Below, piece after piece: positions 8,537 through 16,192 of a stretch of 64,000 nucleotides of DNA. The stretch is from Bacteroidota bacterium (GTDB lineage Bacteria; Bacteroidota; Rhodothermia; Rhodothermales; UBA10348): assembly GCA_029262775.1 (NCBI GenBank), contig JAJCYR010000005.1, positions 3,183-67,182 of the forward strand, read 5' to 3'. Below the pieces are notes generated by a model. The model was not told where the DNA came from and made no database searches. It worked only from the letters and a program-made list of their open reading frames with translations. The translations under genes were made by a program, and so were the position numbers. How positions within the stretch are numbered: the first letter of the stretch is position 1; each line of letters begins with the position of its first letter.

Positions 8537-9937
8537 TCAGGTCAGATATCCTTCCTCGCGATACTTTTTCAGCTTATTCCGAATGGTGCGGGCACTGATT
8601 CCCAGCTTGTCTGCCGCTTTCTGCTGGTTATGGCCACTTTCCTCGAGCGCTTCGAGAATCATGTGCCGTTCCATCTCCTCGATGGTGTCATGCCGTGACG
8701 CAGCGTCCGTGCTGGGAGACGAACGAGAGCCGGCATTATAGAAGAAGCTGTCATACACGTCAGCCACGTCCACGACGGGGCGGTCTGCCGAGAGCAGCAC
8801 ACCCCGCTGGATCATATTTTCGAGTTCGCGCACGTTTCCTGGCCAGTCCTGTGCGAGCAGGCGCTGCAGGAGGGCATCCGAGAGGACCTTGGCCGGCAGA
8901 CCGTACAGCCTGCAGTATTTTTCCGCGAAATGCTGCGTCAGAAGCGGCACGTCATCCATGCGTTCGGCAAGTTCCGGAACGGTGAGGGGAAATACGGCAA
9001 GCCGATGGTAGAGGTCTTCGCGGAAGAGACCGTCTGCTATGGCCTGAGACAGGTTGCGGTTGCTCGTCGCGACGACGCGGACATTTACCTTTGTTATTTC
9101 CGCCGCCCCAATTTTCTGCACCTCCTGTTCCTGCAGGACCCGCAGCAGTTTGGCCTGGATGGGAAGGTCAATCTCGGTGATTTCGTCCAGTAGCAAGGTT
9201 CCTCCGTCGGCGCGCTCAAACGCACCTGTCATGTCCTCGACGGCGCCCGTGAAGGCACCCTTCCGATGACCAAACAAGTGGCTTTCAACCAGGTCGCGCG
9301 GCAGGTTGGCACAGTTGAGTGTCAGGTATGGCCCTGACGCCCGGTCACTCTGATTGTGAATGAGGCGCGCCAGGATTTCCTTGCCGGTGCCGCTGGCTCC
9401 CTGGATGAAAACGGGGGCACGGTTTTTGGCAACGCGGGGGAGCATGTCCTTCAGACGCCGGATGGGCTCGGATTGGCCCACGTACATGTCATCGATGGCT
9501 TTCTGCCCCGTACGGACCGATGCTGCCTGTTTGGTCGCTGAGGTGTTTTCCTGCGTTTCTTCCGGCAGCGGCGTGTTAAGAGATTTCTGAACGCGCTCAA
9601 CCAGTTCGGCGGCTGTAAATGGCTTGGGAATGTAGTCAATGGCCCCGTGCTGCATCATGCGGACCGCGTGCTGCACGTTGGCATGCGCCGTGACCATGAT
9701 GACGCGGGTCCGCGGGTAACGCTCGCGGATGTGGCTGAGAAGTGAAAACCCGTCCATGTCAGGCATCATGAAGTCCGTGACCACAATGTCAAACGTCTGC
9801 GCTGCCAGGATATCGATGGCCTGCACAGCACTCGACGAGCACGTCACCTCAAAGCCATGCCTGGAAAACAGGCGTTCAAACAGATTGTGGAGGAGGTGTT
9901 CGTCATCGACGAAGAGGAGCCGGGGGGTGTGTGACAT
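8537..9937 (-). CDS. Sigma-54-dependent response regulator (NtrC family)
   Basis: REC domain (LLFVDDE...DFMMPDMDG), AAA+ domain (GASGTGKEILARLIH, GAFTGA-type loop) and a C-terminal Fis-type HTH (AADKLGISARTIRNKLK). Confidence 0.9.
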   Translation of the reverse strand: MSHTPRLLFVDDEHLLHNLFERLFSRHGFEVTCSSSAVQAIDILAAQTFDIVVTDFMMPDMDGFSLLSHIRERYPRTRVIMVTAHANVQHAVRMMQHGAIDYIPKPFTAAELVERVQKSLNTPLPEETQENTSATKQAASVRTGQKAIDDMYVGQSEPIRRLKDMLPRVAKNRAPVFIQGASGTGKEILARLIHNQSDRASGPYLTLNCANLPRDLVESHLFGHRKGAFTGAVEDMTGAFERADGGTLLLDEITEIDLPIQAKLLRVLQEQEVQKIGAAEITKVNVRVVATSNRNLSQAIADGLFREDLYHRLAVFPLTVPELAERMDDVPLLTQHFAEKYCRLYGLPAKVLSDALLQRLLAQDWPGNVRELENMIQRGVLLSADRPVVDVADVYDSFFYNAGSRSSPSTDAASRHDTIEEMERHMILEALEESGHNQQKAADKLGISARTIRNKLKKYREEGYLT

Positions 9938-10015
9938 GGAGGGAATGTTGCGTCATCAGTACGCAAATATACCGCATATCATCAGCAAGTTTCAGGTCCG
10001 GTTGCCACGCGTGTA

Positions 10016-10762
10016 TCAGGGCACCGGCAAGGTCAATGTGAACGTCGTTCCGTTCGTCTCTGAGCTTGATTCGAGCACGAGTGCGCCTTTGTGCAGTCGT
10101 GCAATCTGCTCGGCCAGCGGTAATCCCACGCCCAGATTCCATGCCTTTGTTGTATGGAACGGTTCAAAAATGAGGTCCGGGGACGTATTGTGACTGAGGG
10201 CGCCCTCGTTGTGCACGCGAATCTCAATGGAAGGAGGCGCACTGGCTGCCGAAGTTTCCCGGGCGAGGGAGACGGTTACCGTCGATCCTTCGTGATGCGT
10301 AGCTTCGAGAGCATTCGTGACGAGTGCCATGACGGCCTGCCGTAGGGCTTTCGGATCGGCCATCACACGCTGGCCATCGGGAAGAGCCACGTCAAAGCGC
10401 ACACGGCAGGCATCAGAGTCTGGCAGGATACGTTGTATCTGTAGGAGCACGTCTGTCAATACCACAGCGCGCAGTACAACAGGGGGTGGCGAGTGGTACA
10501 GATCCAGGTCCTCCAATACGGCTTCAATCCGCCGGGTGCCCTCCAGAATACGAATGCCTGACTCCCGGTCCTCTGGTGTGGCAAGCGACGTCATGAGCAG
10601 TTCCGTGTAGCCTTCAATTCCGCTCACCAGACTGCCTATCCGGTGGCGTAGCACCTGTGCGAACTCCTCGTAGGAGGTTTCCTGCGCAGGGCGCTCGCCG
10701 CGGCGTCGAACGGCGGGTCTGTTCTGGGCGATCTGTCTGGATGTTTTCGACATGGAGGTCAT
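10016..10762 (-). CDS. Soluble sensor histidine kinase (HisKA + HATPase_c, no TM segment)
   Basis: H-box VLRHRIGSLVSGIEGYTELL. N and G boxes: LVTNALEAT, FEPFHTTK, GVGLPLAEQI. Confidence 0.75.
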   Translation of the reverse strand: MTSMSKTSRQIAQNRPAVRRRGERPAQETSYEEFAQVLRHRIGSLVSGIEGYTELLMTSLATPEDRESGIRILEGTRRIEAVLEDLDLYHSPPPVVLRAVVLTDVLLQIQRILPDSDACRVRFDVALPDGQRVMADPKALRQAVMALVTNALEATHHEGSTVTVSLARETSAASAPPSIEIRVHNEGALSHNTSPDLIFEPFHTTKAWNLGVGLPLAEQIARLHKGALVLESSSETNGTTFTLTLPVP

Positions 10763-10789
10763 GAAAATATGGTTTCGGGGTCACGGCGC

Positions 10790-11653
10790 CTAATGCGTCG
10801 CGACAAAGTCAAACGAAGAAAACGGAGCGCTCGGCAGCTCGGCGGCGACGGTCTCAATGGCGTCTTCCAATTGGCAACCCAACAGGTGCCGCGCGGCGTC
10901 GGCAGACTCCATGTCATTGAACCCGGAGGCCGTCGCCGCATAACCTCCATCGGCTGCTATCTGTGCAGCGACGCTCACCAGCAGGTGGAGAAAAGGTGAG
11001 AGTGTGGACGGATGGGCCACTGGGTGCCCTCCCAGCGACATGACGTCGACCAACCCGGTCGGAAGCGCGAAGCGAAGGCCTGCGAAAGCGCCTGTTTCGG
11101 CCGCATCGAATCCGAAAAGAAGTTGTTGAGGTGTTCTCCAGTCGTGCGTATCGAACAGAATTGTCTGCGGCGAGATGTCCGCCATGGCGCCAAACTGGGA
11201 CGGGAAGGACTGCGCAAGCACCAGCGTTCCGTAATTGAACAGCAGGCCCGCGCTGAATGCCATGCCAGGCGGTGTGCCGGTCGAGCTCGGCCACGAACCC
11301 TCCGCCAGGCGGTGGGCAATGTGGGCAGTGGCGAACGCTTCCTGGCGGATGGCTCGAACCGCCTCGGGCTCCCGGATGTCCTCCTGCGTGGACATGATCA
11401 TGCGGGCAACACTCGGGGGCTCAAGGACATCAATGGCCTGTGTCAGGCTGCCCACCGTGTTTCGAAGTCCGTAATAGGCGTTGTTTGCCCTTTTAAGAAG
11501 GCCTGCGGCCGTGAACGGGTCCCGTGCCACGATCCCGGCCAGGGTAGCGGCTTCGAGGGGGAGTCCGGTTTCAATCATGTTCCTGACGCGCTCGGCCACC
11601 GACCCGAGGGGCGGTCGCAGCAGCGCAAGGCCGGTGAAGAGGGTAGGTTTCAT
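10790..11653 (-). CDS. HDOD domain protein
   Basis: PPLGSVAERVRNMI...IVARDPFTAAGLLKRANNAYYGL fits the HDOD pattern. ATG at 11653 (MKPTLFTG); the 147 upstream codons of the listed ORF overlap the next gene. Confidence 0.7.
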   Translation of the reverse strand: MKPTLFTGLALLRPPLGSVAERVRNMIETGLPLEAATLAGIVARDPFTAAGLLKRANNAYYGLRNTVGSLTQAIDVLEPPSVARMIMSTQEDIREPEAVRAIRQEAFATAHIAHRLAEGSWPSSTGTPPGMAFSAGLLFNYGTLVLAQSFPSQFGAMADISPQTILFDTHDWRTPQQLLFGFDAAETGAFAGLRFALPTGLVDVMSLGGHPVAHPSTLSPFLHLLVSVAAQIAADGGYAATASGFNDMESADAARHLLGCQLEDAIETVAAELPSAPFSSFDFVATH

Positions 11654-11664
11654 GGGATCTGACC

Positions 11665-12507
11665 TCAGGCTGCAAGTCGAAGTGCACCACTGCCGGAAAG
11701 GCGGCGGGCTTCGTCGATGTGTCCCTGCTTGATGTTCAGCGCTACAAGTCGCCGCCTCAGCAGCTGGCTCTCGGAGCGCGATTCGTAGAATTGGGTGTAG
11801 AGTACGAGAGCTTCCTCCTGCCATCCCTGCTGGGAGATCGCCTGAAGCACCTCGTCCGCTTCGGATTCGGAACGATCCCGGATCATGATCGATGCGACGG
11901 CCGCGGCATCGCCCGGATTGTTGCGGTACAGGGCGAGCCGGAAGAAGTCCTCGCGCAGAGGTGCCGGCATGGTTTCCAGGCCTTCGGGATAGGCACTCAC
12001 GAGATGATCGGCAACGTCCTCCCATTCCCCAAGCTGCCAAGACCAGGCGGCGAGCAGGGTGTGGGTCTCGGTTGAGGAGAGCACCGTATCCCACGCGGTC
12101 TGCGTATCACCGACGGCCAGATTGGACAGGTGCAGGTATGCAGCCAGAAAGTCTTTGCGACCGGCCAGCACGTTGACCTGTATCATGTGCGATGCGAGCT
12201 GATTCGGGTACAGGTCCAGTGAGCGGCCGGCCATGCGCCTGGCTGGCTCCGTGGCGCCCATTTGCCGCTGCGCTTCGGCCAGCGCCATTTCCATGGCAGC
12301 CCGTTCTTCCGGGTGGAAGATCCGGGACTGATCCATGGCCTGCCGGGCCTGGGCTGACGCGGCTTCCCAGTTGCGATTCCGCATATGGTCCCAAATGGGT
12401 GCAAGCGTCGAGAAGGGGAGGCTTGTGCAGTCGAACGAAGGTTCGGGAACGCGATACCCACTCAGTAAAGATTCCTGGCGGGGCTGGAGAGTTACTTTGC
12501 GCATCAT
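11665..12507 (-). CDS. Hypothetical helical-repeat (TPR-like) protein, first gene of the regulatory operon
   Basis: Coding-like composition, with repeated A/L-rich helix pairs. It ends 12 nt before the HDOD start. No family recognised. Confidence 0.5.
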   Translation of the reverse strand: MMRKVTLQPRQESLLSGYRVPEPSFDCTSLPFSTLAPIWDHMRNRNWEAASAQARQAMDQSRIFHPEERAAMEMALAEAQRQMGATEPARRMAGRSLDLYPNQLASHMIQVNVLAGRKDFLAAYLHLSNLAVGDTQTAWDTVLSSTETHTLLAAWSWQLGEWEDVADHLVSAYPEGLETMPAPLREDFFRLALYRNNPGDAAAVASIMIRDRSESEADEVLQAISQQGWQEEALVLYTQFYESRSESQLLRRRLVALNIKQGHIDEARRLSGSGALRLAA

Positions 12508-12565
12508 GACGGTTCGGAGGTTTGTTCATTCCGGGCATCCCGGTGTTCAGGTTCTCCCCTCGACA

Positions 12566-12581
12566 TGCAAACGGCCTGCCA
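12566..12581 (-). promoter_or_regulatory. Sigma-54 (-24/-12) promoter
   Basis: Minus strand reads TGGCAGgccgtTTGCA with the correct spacing, about 60 nt upstream of ATG 12507. Confidence 0.55.
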
Positions 12582-12705
12582 ACCCCGAAATACGTACCAA
12601 ACGTAGCAAATCCGGCTAAACACGGGCCGTGGTGCGGTAATCCTTTCCGCCTGGGCCGCAATTCTTTCCCCGTGCAGGGACAATGGAGAGTACCGGCCAT
12701 AACGA

Positions 12706-12742
12706 AATGAGGCCCGGAGCGCAGTGCGCTCCGGGCCTCATT
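12706..12742 (-). terminator. Intrinsic terminator after rpmA
   Basis: Perfect 14-bp stem gaggcccggagcgc/gcgctccgggcctc, extendable to about 17 bp, followed by ATTTCGTT on the minus strand. Confidence 0.6.
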
Positions 12743-12788
12743 GAAACCCTCGGTTGTCCGACCTGCGGACAGTCGAATTTCCTGAAAC

Positions 12789-13043
12789 CTACTCGCTGTC
12801 CACGTGGACGAACTTGCGGTCACCCTGTCCACGCGAAAAGCGGACCTTGCCGGTCTGCGTGGCGAAGAGGGTGTCGTCGCCCCCACGGCCCACATTGCTT
12901 CCCGGATGAAATTTTGTGCCACGCTGGCGGACAATGATGGCGCCTGCCTGCACAAACTCGCCACCATAAGCCTTGATGCCAAGCATCTGGGGGTTGGAAT
13001 CCCGACCGTTCTTGGTCGATCCCATTCCTTTCTTATGTGCCAT
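12789..13043 (-). CDS. rpmA: 50S ribosomal protein L27
   Basis: [24 protein letters not shown]... is a canonical L27. Confidence 0.95.
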   Translation of the reverse strand: MAHKKGMGSTKNGRDSNPQMLGIKAYGGEFVQAGAIIVRQRGTKFHPGSNVGRGGDDTLFATQTGKVRFSRGQGDRKFVHVDSE

Positions 13044-13114
13044 TGCTGAACTCCTTTTGGATTTGGTTCGTGTCGGATCGGACCCGGGTCAGATCCTGCT
13101 CATTATGGTGCAGA

Positions 13115-13429
13115 TCAGCCGGCGTTGAGCGCGGTCACCTTGATCTGTGTGTAGGGCTGCCTGTGGCCCCGTTTGACCTTGTAGCCCTTGCGGCGCTTTT
13201 TCTTGAACACAAGCACCTTGTCTGCCTTGAGGTGGTCGAGCACCGTAGCGTCGACCGATGCACCTTCGACGGTCGGCGTTCCCACCGATACGTTCTCGCC
13301 GTCGGCAACGAGGAGCACCTTGTCAAACGAGAGCGTGGAAGAGGTATCTGCCGACTGGCGGGGGATGTACAGCGTGTCGTCCTGGGACACCTTGTACTGC
13401 TTACCGGCGATTTCTACGATCGCGTACAT
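13115..13429 (-). CDS. rplU: 50S ribosomal protein L21
   Basis: MYAIVEIAGKQYKV... is a canonical L21, upstream of rpmA. Confidence 0.95.
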   Translation of the reverse strand: MYAIVEIAGKQYKVSQDDTLYIPRQSADTSSTLSFDKVLLVADGENVSVGTPTVEGASVDATVLDHLKADKVLVFKKKRRKGYKVKRGHRQPYTQIKVTALNAG

Positions 13430-13539
13430 ATCTTGCCTCTGCTTTGGGCGGCGGGTTGGTTACCGTCGCGAGAGTGTATACGAAAATATTCAGTCCATCA
13501 ATATACGGCACGCATTGCAGCCGTTCAAAGCATGCGGAT

Positions 13540-14196
13540 ATGGAAGAATTGAGAATTCAGGGGACAGGTGTCGTGCTCCGGCCCGGAAAACTGGTATGTG
13601 TGGGGCGGAATTACGCTGCCCATGCACGCGAAATGAAGAGCGACGTTCCCGCGGAGCCCATGCTCTTTCTGAAGCCTGCCAGCAGCCTTATTGGCCCACG
13701 TGGACAGATTCAGCTACCGCCCGAGTCGCAGGATGTTCACCATGAGGTCGAACTGGTAGTGATTCTCGGAAGGCACCTGCGCTGCGCCAGTCCCGACGAA
13801 GCCCTCGGCGCAATCGCGGGACTGGCGGTGGGGCTGGACCTGACGGCGCGTGACATCCAGCAACGTGCCAAGGAGAAAGGCCATCCGTGGAGTGTATCGA
13901 AAGGTTTCGACACATTCGCTCCGCTTGGCCCCATTGTGGAGGCCGACGCCGGGCAGCCGCGTCGCATCTCACTGAAAGTGAACGGCGAGCTGAAGCAGGA
14001 GGCCATGACGAGCGACATGCTCTTCCCAGTGGCCGACCTGTTGGCGTATGTGTCTGGGATCTTTACGCTTGAACCGGGCGATCTGCTCTTTACGGGCACG
14101 CCCGAAGGGGTAGGTCCCATTCGCAATGGCGACGTGCTGTTGGCAGAGATCGAAGGACTGCCGCCGCTGGAAATCACCGCCGTCCGTACTCGTTGA
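13540..14196 (+). CDS. Fumarylacetoacetate hydrolase (FAH) family protein
   Basis: KLVCVGRNYAAHAREM...MLFLKPASSL...HHEVELVVILG...GDLLFTGTPEGVG. ATG at 13540. Confidence 0.85.
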   Translation: MEELRIQGTGVVLRPGKLVCVGRNYAAHAREMKSDVPAEPMLFLKPASSLIGPRGQIQLPPESQDVHHEVELVVILGRHLRCASPDEALGAIAGLAVGLDLTARDIQQRAKEKGHPWSVSKGFDTFAPLGPIVEADAGQPRRISLKVNGELKQEAMTSDMLFPVADLLAYVSGIFTLEPGDLLFTGTPEGVGPIRNGDVLLAEIEGLPPLEITAVRTR

Positions 14197-15406
14197 GGTA
14201 GGCCATCGCGAATTCGGTCGGCGTGAGGCGGCGGCGGATGAGTTCGGGGGTTCCATCCGTGTGAATCCAGACTTCGGCGGGTAACGGGCGCATGTTGTAG
14301 GTCGATGAGAGTGACATGCCGTAGGCACCCGTATCGAGAATAGCCACGATATCGCCTTCGGCCAGTTCCGGTACGCCCCGGTCCCGGGCAAAAAAATCGG
14401 CCGATTCGCATATATTGCCGACAACATCGTACGTCTTTGGCGTACCGTCCGGACGCGACAGGTTGCAGATTGTGTGCCACGCGTCATAGAGAGCTGGACG
14501 GAGGAGGTGCCCCATGCCGGTATCGAGGCCGGCAAACGTTCTGCTGCCCGTTCTTTTGATGGTGTTCACCCGGCTGAGTAGTACACCCGACTCGGCCGTG
14601 AAGTAGCGTCCCGGCTCAAACCGGATTTCCAGACTCTTTGACGGGTGGGAGGCCACAAATTTCCGGATCGAGGCCACAATGGTCGATCGAAACTCCGCCA
14701 GGTCAAGTGGCGCCTCCCCTGCGCGGTAGGGTACGCCGAGGCCGCCGCCTACATTGATGAACTGCAGATCATTGAGGCGCCGGGCCGTTTCGAGAATGAC
14801 AGCAGCCGCATTCCACAGGATTTCGGTGCTCAGGATGCCGCTGCCAATATGCTGATGCAGTCCGACAATTCGGAGGTCATACCGAGCGGCAACGTCCAAT
14901 ACGCGGTCCATCTGTTCGACCGGAATGCCGAATTTGCTTCGGTCGCCCCCCGTGACCACGTGAGCGTGGTGGCCCGCGCCGATCTGCGGGTTGATGCGGA
15001 CGCAGACGTCGCTCTCGCCGAACGCCTCGCCGAGCCGACGGAGCCCCGACAGTTCTCCGATGTTCATGGTGACGCCGGCCTCCACGGCATACCGCATTTC
15101 ATGGTCGGTCATGTTGTTGGCCGAGTACAGGATGTGGGCCGGGTCAAAACCGAGGCGTAGCACAAGTTCGAGCTCTCCAGGCGATACGGCGTCGATTCCC
15201 AGCCCACATCGGCGCATGACGTCGAGAAGCGGCGGGCAGTGGTTTGCCTTCATGGCGTAGAGCAGGCGCACGGGAATGCCCTCCAGATGCGCCTTGAACT
15301 CGTTAATGCGTGCGAGGATGGTGGCCTCATCGTAGACGTATACGGGCGTGCCGTGCCCGGCGGCGATCTGCTTCAGCAGGCCAGGATGAAACGGGTGGGT
15401 GGACAT
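14174..15406 (-). CDS. lysA: Diaminopimelate decarboxylase
   Basis: PLP-Lys motif YAMKANH, GGGLGVPY and CESAD. Group IV decarboxylase fold. Confidence 0.9.
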   Translation of the reverse strand: MSTHPFHPGLLKQIAAGHGTPVYVYDEATILARINEFKAHLEGIPVRLLYAMKANHCPPLLDVMRRCGLGIDAVSPGELELVLRLGFDPAHILYSANNMTDHEMRYAVEAGVTMNIGELSGLRRLGEAFGESDVCVRINPQIGAGHHAHVVTGGDRSKFGIPVEQMDRVLDVAARYDLRIVGLHQHIGSGILSTEILWNAAAVILETARRLNDLQFINVGGGLGVPYRAGEAPLDLAEFRSTIVASIRKFVASHPSKSLEIRFEPGRYFTAESGVLLSRVNTIKRTGSRTFAGLDTGMGHLLRPALYDAWHTICNLSRPDGTPKTYDVVGNICESADFFARDRGVPELAEGDIVAILDTGAYGMSLSSTYNMRPLPAEVWIHTDGTPELIRRRLTPTEFAMAYLNEYGRR

Positions 15407-15439
15407 GATGGTGGGCGGGTCAGGTCTCGGATGGTTCGG

Positions 15440-16192
15440 TCAGAGCAGCAGTTCGGCGACAATGAAATCTGCAATCAGGATGTTTACACAGCTCACGACA
15501 ACCGCTTGGGTAGTGGATGAGCCGACGCCTTGGGCGCCCCCATGCGTGTTGAAGCCTTTCCAGCAGGCGATTGACGTGATGATGTATCCGAAAGCGAGCG
15601 ATTTCGTCATGCCATACATGGCGTCGAAGGGCGCAAAGTAGGTTCGCGCACCGCGCACGAATGCATCCATCGAAAGAAAGCCCATGTATTCGCCAGCAAA
15701 GCCGCCAGCCAGCACGGCTACGAGCGCGGAGGCCACGTACATGGCGGGAAACATCAGCAGGCCGGCAAGTACGCGGGGGAGCACGAGGTGGCTGACGCTG
15801 TTCAGGCCCATGGCTTCGAGGGCATCGATTTGTTCGGAGACCTGCATGGTGCCGATTTCGGCGGCAACGCTCGCGCCCACACGCGAGGCCATGACGAGGC
15901 CGGGGACGAGGGCGCAGAGTTCGAGCATAAGCGTGGGAACGACAATGGCGCCGATGGCATCTTCCGTGAGGACGGTATTCTGAAGCTGGTATGCGGTCTG
16001 AAGCGTCGTCACGACGCCGGCAAAGGCGCTGGCGAGCATGACGACAGGAAGCGCATCGAATCCGAGGCGGACGGCCTGCTGGAAGACCTCGCGGCGCAGG
16101 TGCACAGCCGAACGGGCAGAGGAGATGGCTTTGCACATGAACAGCACATAGTTGCCAAGGGACGACACGAGACTGGTGACGGCCGTGATCAT
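15440..16192 (-). CDS. mlaE: MlaE-family ABC transporter permease
   Basis: MlaE/Ttg2B core (VGASVAAEIGTMQVSEQIDALEAMG). ATG at 16192 overlaps the upstream TGA (ATGA). Confidence 0.85.
   Translation of the reverse strand: MITAVTSLVSSLGNYVLFMCKAISSARSAVHLRREVFQQAVRLGFDALPVVMLASAFAGVVTTLQTAYQLQNTVLTEDAIGAIVVPTLMLELCALVPGLVMASRVGASVAAEIGTMQVSEQIDALEAMGLNSVSHLVLPRVLAGLLMFPAMYVASALVAVLAGGFAGEYMGFLSMDAFVRGARTYFAPFDAMYGMTKSLAFGYIITSIACWKGFNTHGGAQGVGSSTTQAVVVSCVNILIADFIVAELLL

Noticed and set aside
11654-12094. N-terminal 147 codons of the listed 434-aa ORF (10790-12094)
   Set aside because: This stretch is Arg/Gly/Pro-rich, overlaps the well-formed upstream gene 11665-12507 in another frame, and the HDOD homology begins at Met 11653. 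The same logic applies to the extensions at 1688-1948 (fumC), 62607-63296 (DUF5916 gene, overlapping the opposite-strand NTF2-like gene) and 16193-16369 (mlaE).
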